From: Hydrolagus affinis
Lineage: Eukaryota
Reading direction: 5' to 3'
Length of the DNA: 64,000 nucleotides
NCBI GenBank assembly: GCA_012026655.1
Contig: JAAILG010000013.1
Location: 62,001-126,000 of the forward strand
The position numbers were made by a program, and so were the translations under genes. Shown here one piece after another: positions 12,494 through 26,384 of the stretch; position 1 is the stretch's first letter; every line of letters starts with the position of its first letter. The notes below the pieces were generated by a model. The model was given only the letters and a program-made list of their open reading frames with translations, searched no databases and had not been told where the DNA came from.

Positions 12494-13479
12494 TTACATT
12501 TCAGTGATCAGCGTGCGATAGACTCATTGATTCCCAAAGTTCAGACAGCGACTCAACTCGCCAGGTCAAATTCTTTAAAGCCTGGCACCTACAGCATCTG
12601 TCTACACACTACCTCGTTGCATTATTGTCTTGAAAGTGTATGAGGAGTTATCCACAAATCTGTGCCTCTATTTGCAGCATCTGGATTTGTGAATAATGCA
12701 ATAAAATAAGTCAGTAAAATATTATAACATCATGCCATTTACATGATGAAATTGCAGCGAATTATTTCAGTGCTGACATTTACAATGCTCTTATTTGATA
12801 CAAGTATCAGCATCAACCTTGTCCCAGAGGGGATCATGGCTCTCTCTCTATCACTGAGCTATAAACAAGGGTCTATGTTAACACTGAGTATGGTGTGAGT
12901 TCCCAATGAACAATGCACCGTACTTGTATTATTGTCTTATCCCGATTTATGGGGATTACTCTAATACCTGCTGTTTGTGGCTGAGATATTTGGAGAAGCC
13001 ATGGAAGGTCCCACATTTCAATTTGGGTCTGTGTGATTTTGACAATGTGTGTTGTGGGTGAGTTAAACCCTATCAGTTATACAGCCCGGTGAGGATCCGG
13101 ATAGGATAGCTTAAAATATACCTCGAGAGCTCAAATGAGCACGCCGACACTCACTATTAATGCTCACCTGTGGATAAAGGCCAACTATGCAGGTTCCAGT
13201 GAATGGCTGAAGGATCTGTACCTCACCCAGAGGAAAAAGTAGTGAAACAGCCATAGGAGTAGAGGAGGGGAGAAAAATGCTGGAGAATTCTGGCAAATAA
13301 ATGCCCTGCTGTGTGAGGGTAGCATTAAGTAAGCGACTGCCACTCATCAAACTCTAACAGCATCTGCAACGTCAGTGGTGCCCTTCAATGGAAAAAGCAA
13401 ACTTCCATTTTGGGGGTACAAATGTAGCAATGTGCATTTGGTTTAGCTCGTAGTACTCTCAGCCTTTCATCTCCCAATT

Positions 13480-13900
13480 CCAGAATACCACACCACAGTC
13501 TTTCCATTGCAATATCCACCTGTTTCTCAAATACATTCAGTGTCCTGGTCTCAAGCACCCTTCCTGAGGACCCATTCCAGCTGCTGGTTACTCTGCAGGT
13601 GTAAAAAAAAATCCTGGAGTTTGTCCTAAAATTGCCCTTCACAACCCTGAGTCTCTGTCCTTTTGTGCTTCTGTCTGGGCATATTCTCAACGTATTATGC
13701 TGGATTTACATTTTCTATCCCATTAAGCCTTTTATATACCTCTATAAGGTCCCCTCTGGGACGTCTTTTTTCAAGCCTGGTTTATCAGGTCTTAGTCATA
13801 GCTTATCTGTTGGGACACTGGGGATCAGCCTAGCTCTTTCCTGCCCGTTGCAGCCCCCTAATGCCGTGGTGACCAGCGCTGTACATGGTTCTCCAGCACG
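13480..13900 (-). mobile_element. Decayed CR1 LINE 3' fragment
   Basis: ORF 13385-13690 has TKGQRLRVVKGNFRTNSRIFFYTCRVTSSWN...TLNVFEKQVD, matching the CR1 C-terminal TRGH..K...FR...RK.FF..RVV..WN.LP motif. Confidence 0.8.
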
Positions 13901-14061
13901 ACTTCTGGGGATTTGAGCTTCACTGATTTGGCAAAATAACCTAGCAGCCTGTTTGCCTCGTTTATTGCTGGCTCATACAGTCAGTCGCAAATGCACGTAC
14001 CATGCATAGAATATATGGACCATCGACTCGTGCCATGCCACGCCACGTATCCACTCGTGAA

Positions 14062-14155
14062 ACATACGTAAGAACGTGAGAATTTGCTGGACAAAAGAAG
14101 ACCGAGGTCCATCCAGTTTGGATGGACTTCCACCATCCTGGCAGTCGTGCGAACA
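14062..14155 (-). mobile_element. CR1-type 3' UTR/tail fragment
   Basis: acatacgtaagaacgtgagaatttgctgga...gaagaccgaggtccatc...acttccaccatcctggcagt is homologous to 35003-35075. Confidence 0.55.
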
Positions 14156-14359
14156 AGTCATGGCCCAAACGAATTACTGTCTGCCAAGATATTATTCCTC
14201 TTAAAGAAACAATCTCTTTCAGTGGGAGTCAGCAATGTGGCTCCAGCGCGACTCACATTGGACAGATGTGATTTTACACTGCGCTTTCGCTCGTGATTTG
14301 CTGCCAAAATCGCACCTGTTGTCTGCCAAAAATGTGGCAGAAACCCTGATGCTAATAAT

Positions 14360-14505
14360 AGTATAATAATGCTTGCATTTGATATAGTGTCTTATCACGT
14401 CTTCTAGACCACTCAAAGCGCTTCACAGAATATACTGTTCAGTGAATCGAGTATATTCTGTGGGCAAAGCGTGGCGATTAATTGCGCACAGCAGTGACCC
14501 GCAAA
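14360..14505 (-). mobile_element. Truncated SINE (family A 3' part)
   Basis: cttgcatttgatatagtgtcttatcacgtcttctagac...aattgcgcacagcagtg. Confidence 0.8.
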
Positions 14506-15794
14506 CAGAGCAAGAGATAGAGATAGAGTGTGGTGGGGTGTGGGGGGAGGGGGGGGTGGTATTTGAGGAGGATGGGGGGAGAATCCCTATACCTGGTTTC
14601 CTCAAAATAATTCGTTCCAAAATGTTAATCTCCACAGCTAATGAGCCCATGGTGAGAAATTGGGAAATATCGTGTTAAACCTTAAACCCTGGTAAAGATG
14701 GTATTGCATGTGGTGACATTGAAATGCTGCGATCTGCATGGAGGCAGGATCAAAGGCTTTTAGGCCATACCATGTTAACTAAGTTGGAGAGGGGTGGTGG
14801 GGGTGGCGGGAGAGAATGTTTCACTGGTGATAATTATCAGATCGCAACTGTATTATTATTATTATTTCTCAGCCCTGTGCATCTCTCACTTTGACGACAA
14901 AAGGAAATAATGACTAACTGCGCAGAAACCCACCCAGCAATTTGGCACAAGTGGGACATGCGCAGCAATTCACAGCTGCTTCTGAAAAGCATTTGTTGAA
15001 AGAAATTTTGCCCAGAAAATCGCTAATTTAAATTGCAACACTGCATGATGTATATTTAACAGGTACGTATAGACTCTAAATGGGAACAGTCTCCAAGGCA
15101 GGACTAATTATGTGCGCTCTATGTGAACCAGTTTGTATAAAACTAGTCCCTTACTGTAGCTCCCGCTTTACTGCATCTCTTACATTTTCAAATTAACCCA
15201 GCGGAAGGCAAAAAAAATAATTGAATTCACGCTGTTCTGTGTGACTAAAAGTTGACACCAGCTAATGTGATAAATAAACTAAACTGTAAATTATTTTTCA
15301 CTTACTGTTCCTTAATTACAGCTAATTACGTGATTGCGAACCTTGTAAGTTTGGCAGTATTATGTATTTAAGTAGCGTGTCTTAGCTCCCATCTGTTGAG
15401 AAATACTACTTTCGAGAACAGCACTGTTTCCCAGTCAGCCTCAGTGAAAGTGAAATTCTAACAACGTATTAAGGGGAAAATGAGTAAATAACCTGTCGAC
15501 AACCTGTCATTATGAGAAAATCTGGAGACTGTCATTAACCCCGCAGTATATTATGAGTCTCTCTCCTTTTCTTTGGCTCCTATTTGCCTGGAAAGCCAAT
15601 GCTTGCTAATGCACGCACGTCTGCTGCATTAGTGAGGGGATGAAATGCCTTCGCTTTGACAGGACAGATCGGCTTCATCTACACAGGCGCTGTTTTTCTT
15701 CTTCTGCCGAGCGAGGCTTTAATTGCAAAGGTTTCGTTTTTGGCAAGGTCGTAGGTGAGCATTTCTTCACAGTTAGTTTGCTCTCTGTCTGCAA

Positions 15795-16275
15795 TAATAA
15801 ATAATAGTCCTTGCATCTGATACGGCGCCTTATCGCATCGTCAAAATGCCTCGAAGAAATAAATACAGTAATCACTTTTGTGTTTTGATACAACGCCTTT
15901 CACATTGGGAGGGCGTCTCAAAGTGCTTGACAGGATTTTACTGTGCATTTTTATAGGTAAACGTGCCATCCAATTTGCACACAGCAACGTTTCACAAAAG
16001 AACGTGAAGCGAATGACCAATGTTATGCAGAGAATTATTGTCCAAGAGACCGGGAGAGACTAATTTATATCTTCCAGCAGTGCCATGGGCTTTTTGACAT
16101 CTACTCAAACAGGCAGATGGGGGCTTGGTTTAATGCCTCACGAAGGCTGGCAGCCCTGAAGCCCTCCCAATAATGGCTGAAAATTTCAGACTATGAGCTC
16201 AAAGTCCTGATCCGGAACTTGAACCACAATTTTCTGACATAGAGGCGAGAGTGCTCCCAACTCTGAGGCTAGACT
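15795..16275 (-). mobile_element. Old Deu-domain SINE plus an adjacent tail fragment
   Basis: caatttgcacacagcaa, cagtgccatgggctttttgacatc, ggtttaatgcctca, and the B-box region cttgaaccacaattttctgac. Confidence 0.75.
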
Positions 16276-17614
16276 GCTCACAGCCAGCCTGACACCTCCT
16301 GTAACCCCTGCCTCTGAAATACTTGGCGATGCATCAGCTGTGAATGAAATTTTCCATCCACATCCTGGAACGTCTAAATCATGTTTGGTGTATCACATCG
16401 CTTGATACAACAAATCCAGGTATGTAAACTGTTGAAAGCGATTTGACTTTCCTTATTCAATGGTGTCTTCTTGAACACATTTTTAATATGTTCCCAAGTG
16501 CTACTCGATCCCCCAAACAACCACAGTCACATCTGTGTAAATTAGACACATCAAAAGCTTTGTAGTAAATGGGTATTGTGGAAGAATGAGATCAGTTTAG
16601 GCTGATGGACTTTCTTCACCCAAACCAATCTCAGGATGTTAACAGCCAACATACATCTATTAACATTCACCTGATTGAATCACTGGCATACCATGATGGT
16701 TTTAGAGGCAACTGAAAGGTGCTATAAGACTATTCTGTGTAGGACTGTTTGTTTTTTAAAAAAAAGTCTAGCTACATTGGTCAATTCTTAGGTCTTTGTA
16801 CTGTTTTGTAGGGCTTTAACATTAACTGTACAGGAATTTGATGCTGTCTGTATCGTCTCTAGTTTTTACTTGGCTATTTGACAGTGGAAGAGATTAAAAC
16901 AAATTGGGCTGTTGCAAGACATGAAGCTTGAACCTATGGGCGCTGTTTTTCTCTCTCTCTTGTTAATGGGAACACCTCTTTGTGTCTCGTTCCTGCTTTT
17001 CTCCCTACTCTCTCTCCTGGTTCAGGAAAAAGAGAAATAATCCCTTGTTGAGAATGATCACTGGGGATAAGTATCATGTGGTATGTACCATAATCATTTC
17101 CCAATTTCCCACCCCCTGGCAATTTTTTTTTTGAATTTGCCTGTTTTTGCTTTATGTTTTACCGTTCTCCAATCATCTAGCAGCTCTATCCTTGGCAGTT
17201 AATAATAATCGTCCTTCTGCTATGTCTTTTTCAAAGCCTTATCCATGTAAGACAATGGCCGTGAATCTGTCCAGCAACACAAAAGAGACACACATCATTG
17301 CCCCTGTGTTCAGGCTATTTCTACAGTTCCAGCTTGTGCAGTTTCAAAAAAAAAACTTCTCTTTAGCTATGTTTGAAATGGTTGAATGTCACCAAGATCA
17401 ATGCCAGAGTGCTATTATCCATTATCTTCACTGAGGTAAATGTTCAGGCCAATTGTTAGATAATACGTATTATTTGAGAATCATTGTGATGTAGCGATGT
17501 ACAGACAGAGAAAGCTTAGAAATGCTCTGAGGCTTCACTGAACGCATCCTGCAGTGTGTAGTGCTTCCTTCCCGTTTTATTGCCAACATCAGATTGAATT
17601 CTCTTTTCAAATAT

Positions 17615-17885
17615 CACTTATGAAGCGTGAGACCTGTGTTTCGAATCTAGGGTGAAACCTTGGGCAAGTTTCCTTACTCCACATGCCTAATAATAATCTG
17701 TCCAAAACAAACCTATAATTGGTCATTTCAATACACGACTGCTTGTGGACACTGCTCTGCGCAATTGGCTGACGCATTTCGCCAACAAATATACAATCAA
17801 TTCACTTTTCAGTGTAATCCATGAAGCTCTTCGAGACATCCAGAAGACGTGAAAAGTGCTATATCAAATGCAAGGGTTATTATAA
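17615..17885 (+). mobile_element. SINE family A, head partly truncated
   Basis: gaaaccttgggcaagtttccttactccacatgcctaataataatc...ctatatcaaatgcaagggttatt. Confidence 0.88.
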
Positions 17886-18183
17886 TGGCTGAACGCACTC
17901 ACATGAGTGAGACCTGTTTAATCGAGGTTTCATTTCCTCACAGCAAGAGAGAGTAAACTAACAGAGTGGAAGAAGTCCAGCTTTGAGTTGACTTTTTAAC
18001 ATAGATTTCACTGTAATGTTGACACAGGAGCAAAACTCTACCTTCTTGACAGGGCACCGCTCTGACATCTATTAGCGCTGGACTGAGGCCAGTTTTTATT
18101 GGCAATGGTTCTGGTGATTTATTATAATTCTAAGTTTCTGCTTTCTGTGGGGCTATAGTGTGAGATTCCTTCATGTCATTTTG

Positions 18184-18525
18184 AACATAAGAACATAAGA
18201 AATAGGAGCAGGAGTAGGCCATTCGGCCCATCGAGCCTGCCCCGCCATTCAATCATGATATTCCATTCTAACTCCAGCTACCTGCCTTATCCCCATACCC
18301 CTTAATCCCTTTATAAAAGAAAAATCTCTCAGTCTTGAATATATTCAAGGACTGAGCATCAACAGTCCTTTGGGGTAAGGAATTCCATACATTCACTACC
18401 CTCCGAGTGAAGAAGTTTTTTCTCAACTCAGTGCGAAAGAGCTGACCCCTAACTTTAAGACTGTGACCCCTGGTTTTAGTTTCTCCAACCAGGGAAAACA
18501 ATCTCCCACTATCTACTTTGTCGAA
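18184..18525 (-). mobile_element. CR1 LINE 3' end (shark HER1-like), well preserved
   Basis: ORF 18268-18645 contains KTRGHSLKVRGQLFRTELRKNFFTRRVVNVWNSLPQRTVDAQSLNIFK...KGIKGYG; 3' UTR ends gaatggcctactcctgctcctatttcttatgttcttatgttc. Confidence 0.92.
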
Positions 18526-21068
18526 TAGAAGTGAATAGAATCCAAACTGCACGGATTGATAAGTAAGAGCACTCCCACCCCCACATGCACAAACGCACAC
18601 ACACACACGCACAGGCAGTTCTGCTCCAAGTACAAAAGCCCACATTAAAGAGTCAGAATCACTTCTGGCCCACTATTATATCGAACTAATAATCCTTGCA
18701 TTTGATGTATCGCCTTATCACATCACTGAGACCATCTTAAAGCGTTTCACAAGATATACTGATTGACTGTGTATTTTGTGGGTGAAATGTGGCAGTCAGT
18801 TTGCACAGAGTAATGTTAGGTTCATGCTGAGGGTTTACACTGTCCTTGTATCCTCGCTGTTTTTCACTCCCGTATCACTCTGTAAAGGTTGTTGATATTT
18901 ATTTTATATTACAGGTGTCATTGCAGGCAACAGACAATCAGATCACGGCACTGGCTGCCTGCCTCCCAACCATACCATTGTTGGGTGGTACAAACAATCT
19001 GGGGTTTGACACCGAGATTGAGAGCAGATTTAACTCAAACAATTTTGTGTGTTTCATTTTATTTTTGAACTGACAGACGCTATACAATTGAGAAGCCTTC
19101 TCTAGTAACAACACAGATACAGTCTCCTCCTCTCTCTAGTGGAGTAGCCAAGCTCAGCTGCTGCCTCACAGTCCTCTTGGAGCTGAAGGCTACACCTAAC
19201 CTTGGCAAGGGACACGACTGTGTGTCAGTACAGTATAGAGACAGACGGTGAGAGTTATCCTACTGGCCACTTATATTAAACAGTGATCAGTCGAAAGCAG
19301 ACAATGTTTCATGGAAGCAGCGAAGTACTGTAGTAAGTAAATCAAATGTTACTTACCTGTGCACAGATTGAGCAGCCACCTGCTGTGCACATTTGAATTT
19401 TGGTAGCTTTGAACTCAAGCTAACAGTTTCTAATGGACTCTTGTGGAAGACAAATTAATCAAACCAGTTGAAAATGCCAAACGTTGAACCAAGTTTCTCT
19501 GCAGCCAAAGATCAACAGATATTATGCATTGCGCATTTGGCACAGACCTGTATTTACTTTTCAACAAAACATCTCAAGTTAATAGTAATCTTCTGACTGC
19601 TGTCTGTTCTCCCTACCTTAAAACATGGATTGATTCTGAGATATGGAAGGAGCAAATGAATGATATCTGTCTCAAAAGAATACTTACTTTACATGAAAGC
19701 AGAAAATGCATCAAATTCAAAGCAGGCTGGGCCCCGAAAGAGAAAAATAAGCCAATGCTTGAGGTGTGTGACTCCCTTCTAAGGCAGAGATGTAGAGGTG
19801 AGATACATTTTTAAATGGGATTGATTAAATCAACCCAGATCTTTACTTCAGGAAGTCAGCAAGGCAGTTGTACAAGTTTACAGGTTTGAGCAGCAAAGAG
19901 AAATTTCAGAACAGACACCAGAAAGTATTTTGTTAACCAGAGCATGGTGCCATTTCACATCATTTTCATTCAGTGCTGAAAAATGCCCAAACGCCAGTAC
20001 AATAGGCACCCAAAAGAATGGGGGAGCAACAAATGGGTATTAAATGGCAATGTGGCAGTGAAAAAGTTAATAGCGGAATGGCAAATATCATCTCATTCTT
20101 TAAACTGACCAGCAAGATCATGCCATTCAATTGCTTGATAGACTTTTGCCTCCATTCAAAGTGATTAAATTGTCAGAGAAAGTATCCGCGCCTGTGATAA
20201 TGATGTGAGGGTGTTTGTCTTGGTCTGTTGTTCTGCCTTCTTCTATACACCCTTCACATCCTGTCTTCAGAACTACATGCCATCAGACTCGCTTGACAAC
20301 TAGAATCTATCCCTAAAATTAAAACATTCCTGACCTATCTCCGATGACAAGGCAGCCAAGCTTCTCAGCACTCAGCTGCATGAAGAAGTTGACACATTTG
20401 TTTTTAATTTCAAAAGAATATAAAGCAAAGATCTGACCCTGTCAATCAGCTTAGGTGACAAGTTTAATCATTTCTGCCCCACAAAATCTCAGCTAAATAG
20501 GAATGCAAATATGTATCGTAGGACTCTTATAAATGCTAATCAAGGCAAAGTAATCAACTGACAATTTTACTGATCTCCTTTCAACAGGAGCCAGTCAAGT
20601 GACTGTCTCCTCACCAGAAGACAAAAAGTCAGTGCTTCTTAAACCTTTTTATAGCTTTGCACGCGCAATGGAATGTAAAATATGCAAAAACTCATTTTCA
20701 CTCTTTGAGAAAAAGAATACCTCTTCCTTATAGCTCTCATCGATTGATTTCTGCCTCTCCCCAAATGTATCACAAACCTTATCCATGAGCGTTACAGCTG
20801 AACTTGTTGAATTAGGAATCTTCTGAAAGGCATGTTTAATATAGCACTGTGGCATTATATTGCCACAGTGCTAAGCATCTCTTTGTGGTTTGTTGCCTCT
20901 TCATTGTTTGTGTGTATATGTCAGTGTACATGCAATTAGTTGTGTGGGAGAGCATATGTGAGTGTGCAAACCACTTCCCCCCCACCCTCTCGCGCGCACA
21001 CACACGCACACACACACACCTCCCGCAAATTCTAATCACTTCCAAATCTGAATTCATATGGGCCATTT

Positions 21069-21340
21069 GGAGTTCTGTAGCTCAGTGGTTAGAACTTTCG
21101 TCTTGGGCAAGTTTCCTTACTCCACAGGCCTGACAATAAATAATGCCTCAAGAAAAAACCCCGATAAGAAATTAGTCACTTCAATCCATGACTGTTGATG
21201 GGACACTGCTGTGCGCAATTGGCTGCTGTGTTTTGCCTTCAAATATACAATCAATTCACTTTGCACTATATTCTGTGAAGCACTTTGAGATGTCTAGACG
21301 ATATGAAAAGCGCTATATCAAATGCAAGGATTATTATTAT
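21069..21340 (+). mobile_element. SINE family A with internal deletion of the anticodon/T-arm region
   Basis: ggagttctgtagctcagtggttaga joined almost directly to tcttgggcaagtttccttactccaca; body and tail intact. Confidence 0.88.
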
Positions 21341-23699
21341 TTACCAGCATCCACTACTAGCATTCTTTGATCATGATGGGACGATCAAACCATAGTAACA
21401 TTTTAACAGCATTTCCATTTCAATATAACATCACCACAATCTCCAAGACCCAATTTTGGGGGCATATTTTTTAACCTTGCAATGCTGTTGTAACGCTATA
21501 AATTTGCTCTCTCTCTCTGCGTCTCTTTTTTTCTTTCTCTCTCGCACTATATATTTGTGGAATCATCTGTAGAATTTTAATGTACGATTTTTCAAAGGCC
21601 AGGAACATTGAACTATAATTTAGATGAAGATTTTAATGAATAGCAGCAAGGTACTGTAAGCCGAAATAGATACACCCAGATCTGTACAGGAGCATTAGCT
21701 ACCGGAAATTTAATACCTGAAGATAAAATTCCTTTACATCACAGCCCTTCAGATCCAGGCAATTATATAACTAATTCTAATCCACTAAATTGTGTAGCCT
21801 CAACATTTTATTCTGGTGCCAAAGCAAACAGTTTTCATTCTCCATCCTTGTTCGATCCAAGAAGAGGTAATATTTGATATTTGCATTGTTTGTCAGTGCC
21901 TTGGGTCGCCCTCCTGACGTAAAAGGCGCTGTACAAATCTAATTTTGTTGCTGCTGTTAAGTCGCCAGAATTATCACAAACATTTGCCAGTCATTTCTGC
22001 AAACAGGCTGCAAGGGTTTTCCGACATGGTGAGTATCTTTGTAATACCGTCTTCTGCCTAAATTAATAATACATTTCATTGAGCAATTTCCCACTCCCTG
22101 CACCCCCACTCTCTCTCCTCTCTCTCCAACCACCCCCCCCCCCCCCACACCATTTTACTTAGTAGCAATCAACTGTAATGCAGTTGATTCAAATGTTTGC
22201 AGTGGATTAATTAAGCTGCAGACATTCTGAGGAAGAAGTCTGCGAACAAAGGCATGTGTTTGTGCAGAGTGATAAAGACTCGGATGATTTATTTAGGCGC
22301 CGTGCCAAAACCAGAGGCTTTGATTCAGACTTTTTGGACTAGACAGACTTGGGAAAGTTGATGTCTTAAGTAGATGCTTATGGGAGACCATTGTCAGTAA
22401 AACATGTTCTTAATTATCTGCAGTAAAATAAAAATGTGAATTGAGACAGCCGAGTACCAGAAATGACATTGTACAAGAAAAGGCTATATTTGAACTCAAA
22501 GCATTCCTGGTTTAATGCAAATTCTATTTACAGCGTTCTTGTCACGTCCCTGGTTGTGCCATTGTACTACATTAAATTCAGTGACACTTCCATTTTAAGC
22601 CATTAAGTGCGATACAGTTAGCGCAGCCTTTGTGTTCAATAAAAAAAAGAGAGGCTTTTCCATTGTTTTATGCATTAGTGGTTCGGTCACTCTATTCCAA
22701 ATGACTGAAAGTTTTTGGTCATAGCATTTCTCTATCGCAGTTAATGACTACTTGCTCCGGGCCTGCTTTGGCTTATGCGCTCAAGGGGTCGGTACTGATA
22801 TGCGCAGTGCATTCGATCACTGTTCGATTGTTCCTTTTATTCCTAATCTACAAAAGATTTTAGATGTTCAAAGGGGGTGCCTTTGCCTTCAAGACTTTGT
22901 GTTTGATGCTCTGCTCTTTGGCTATTCTTCCACCTGTTCCCAAGGTATTTGGCTTGCTGTGGGTTGCTCTGCACAGCTCCTGATGATCAGGCAAAGTCTC
23001 AGCAAGATGTCGAGAATGTGAGTCTCCGTTACTGCTATTGCAGCCCAGCTCTGGGATTGTATAATTCCACACACATTTACAGCGGTAGTGTCTTCGAAAC
23101 ATACACGTGAAAATCACTGTATTTAAGAATTATTTGTTTTGATGTTTGGTTTTCTTGAGTAGAATTAAATCTCGGTGTATATATTTATATATGTCTGCAT
23201 GATTGAATCGAGTTTCAACTGACTTACAAACGAACAATGCTCGAAGAAGGCATGCATACTTTGGAGGTGCAGGAATCGGTTAAGGACAGTTTTATTGGTA
23301 AACCTATCAGCTCTCTGATGTATTGCACCAGAGAGCTGTGGGTCGGTTGAGCTAAACAATTCCCACACAGCAAGATCTTTCATTGGGGTCAGTGCTATTT
23401 GGGGTGGAAGGCTACGCATGATGCTGGTTCAGGCCACACCGTTCTCATGCACCCTTCCGTGGCTGGTTCAAGAGGGGAAGAGGCAAAGGAAGACTGCGTG
23501 AAGCCATCTGTCTTCCCAATCTGCTGATCAGAGAACGAGGACTGGAAAATACTGCTTGTGGAAGGGAAATGTGGAAATTCTCCCATTATTTCTTGAAAGG
23601 GATGTTTCCAACTCCTATTTGCGTCACACCTTCATAAAATCGAGCTCTGCTTTCCTCATAGTCACTATTTATAGTTTGTGCTATATTTATAGCACAATA

Positions 23700-23995
23700 A
23701 GAATAATGATAATCCTTGCATTTTGATATAGTGTTTTTCACGTCTTCTAGACGTCTCAAAGCGCTTCACAGAATATAGTATGAAGTGAATTGACCGTATA
23801 TTTGTGGGCGAAACACGGCGGCTAAATGCGCACAGTATTGTCCCACAAACAGTTGTGGATTGAATTGCTGAATTTTTTTTTGAGGGATTATTATTAGACA
23901 TGTGGAGTAAGGATACTTGCCCAAGGTTTCGCCCTGCGTGGAGTTGAACCCAGGTCTGTCGCTTGTAAAGCTAGTGCTCTAACCACTGAGCTACA
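23700..23995 (-). mobile_element. Full-length SINE family A
   Basis: Head tgtagctcagtggttagagcactagctttacaagcgacagacctgggttcaactcc; intact body and tail. Confidence 0.9.
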
Positions 23996-24587
23996 CACAT
24001 ATACAATTTTCAGATGTTTGAAATTGCATCAGGAAAACATCTTAAGCGTTTCGCACCGTTTACTGTAAAATTAAGTGTCTGCATCATAATGCTATAATTC
24101 AAACGATGAAAACATTCTCTCTTGTGCTTCATTTCCCCAATAAGGTGTTAAAATTTACCACTCTCTCTTGATGCTGTTGTTTTGTGGGTGGGTTAAACAT
24201 TATCACGATAGTCTATTACCCTTCAGAGTGCTTGCAAGTTATCAAGATCAAAAGGAATCCACAGAAGTGGATAAAAATGCTCAATGAAAAGCAAATTCAA
24301 TAAATGATAACATAATCCTTGGCATTCGCTATAGCCCCCTTCACTTCAGGAGGATGTCACAAAGCATTTCACAGGAAATAGTGTAAAGTGGAGTGACTGT
24401 ATTTGTAGGTAAACATTCAACAACTAACCGATGGAATTAATTCTGATACAAAATGATAAATAGAACAAAGTGGGTTAGAGGCAGCAACTGAAGCATAATA
24501 TTCAGAGAACATTTGTAAACCAGTTAAACTAATTGCAATAAGCAAACCATCCCCTCTTCTCCCCCTTGTAAAGCAGTGCCCTTGGTG

Positions 24588-24839
24588 AAATCACTCTGGT
24601 ATTATTATTCTCATCATAATCTCTTTCCGGCTTTAATTATTCTCAATATAATCACTTCCTAGTATCTTTTATTTTAATGTAAATACTGCTCATCGTTTAG
24701 TACTCTCAGTATAACCACATGCCCCAATTGATTATTCTACAGCTAATCACTCCCCGATAACTATTCTCCTCAAAAGGATCATTCCCTGGCATCTATTATT
24801 CTCAATGTAATTATTTCCTGATCTTTATTGTTCACAATG
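24588..24839. repeat. Degenerate minisatellite, about 8 x 32 bp
   Basis: Units approximate taatcactccctggtatctattattctcaatg, e.g. taatctctttccggctttaattattctcaata and ggatcattccctggcatctattattctcaatg. Confidence 0.75.
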
Positions 24840-26384
24840 TGATTGTCAGTCCATTTGCTGTAGATTAGAAACTGCAAATAAAAACTTTATTTTCTCTCTG
24901 ATTTGCTTTGAGTTTTCATTCGCGCACAAAAGCTCTCACCCTCACCTCCAATGGATATAGCGCCTTACTGCATCGTTAAAACACCTCAAAGCGCTTTGCA
25001 GGATTTACTGTAATCTACTTAAAGCATTCTTCCTTTCTCAGCTTATCCTGGTACAGGTTCCGAGATGTTATCCTATGTGAAGAGCAAGTTGTTGCTATTT
25101 TTGTATATTTGTAGGCAAAATGATTGTCGCTTATTGTGTCTTTATAATTGTGTTATAAGCGATGGTACATTGCTGGTCGCACTGTGTAAGTAATAATTTC
25201 TGCATTTGCTGTAGCGTCTATCAGGAGCACCACACAGGATTTACTTGATAGTGTAGTGACTATCTGACATGTAGTCTGGCAATGTGAAGTCTAGGATATA
25301 TGTTATAAGGCTCAGATCCTGTGCAAATTCAAAGCTATAAAGTAATGAACAGTCAACAGTTTTTCAATTGGTTGCAAAATCTGTGCGTGTGCGTGTGTGC
25401 GTGTGTGGAGTGGGTTGGGGATGGGGAATGAAACTAACTCCAGCAGCTCGGCAGACTGTAAAACCTTCTTTTTCCGTTGCAGGAGGTGGTGACCCTTATA
25501 AACCGGGACAAGATAGCTTCAAGCCATTTCACACAGGACTTCCTCTTGGGACGAGCTTTTTCATCTCATCCGTCTGGCTGGATTCAAACCCAGCTGTGAA
25601 AGAACACGGCTTCACTCTGCCGCTCGTGTGATACCATCAGTTGTTTACCGACATATTCACTTGTAACGTGAGTTCACATGCGCTGCTCACCTTTCAGTTG
25701 CGCAAGCAACAAAGGCTGCTTTCAAATAAAAGAAATCCAATTGGTACATCCATTATTAGAACATAGCTCACAGAGATAGTACCAGATTGACTTTCAGATG
25801 CGGTCCTGACCTTCAAATCCCTTCGCAGTCTCACTACCATTGTTACTTAAGTAATTTCCTGCACTGCCATGTCGGTAAACAAATACAAATGAAACGCGCG
25901 GGCTTAAATGTTCAAACCAGAGGTAAAGCGTACCGAGGTAAGAGGAATCTGTCATAAATAATAATAATACTACTACTAATACGAGTCGTTGCATTTGACA
26001 TACTGCTTTATCACGTCTTGGAGACGTTTTAAAGCGCGTCACAGAATGTAAAGTGTATATTTTATGGGCAGGCACTGATGCCTTTTGATAACAATGTTTG
26101 TGTTAACTGTTTACAATGGGAAATGAGTGCATGACAGGTCCCCATCCTCCCCCCAAATTAGCGAGATTTATCCTGCAGTCATAATTCAGTGAATCTTTGC
26201 TTTATCAATCTAACACTGCTGGCTTTACATTTTGACCCAGACCAGTTGTCTTCAATGACATTTCCACAGCCCCAGGAGGTCGGATGCCACCAAGTTCCAT
26301 ACAGGAAGTCGCCATCCTTATGTGTACAGTACTTTTCACTCGAAATCGGAACCACTTTCTTAATCAGGAAACAATTGAGATCTG

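Noticed and set aside
24588-24839. CRISPR array
   Set aside because: Units are contiguous with no spacers, there are no cas genes, and the context is vertebrate.
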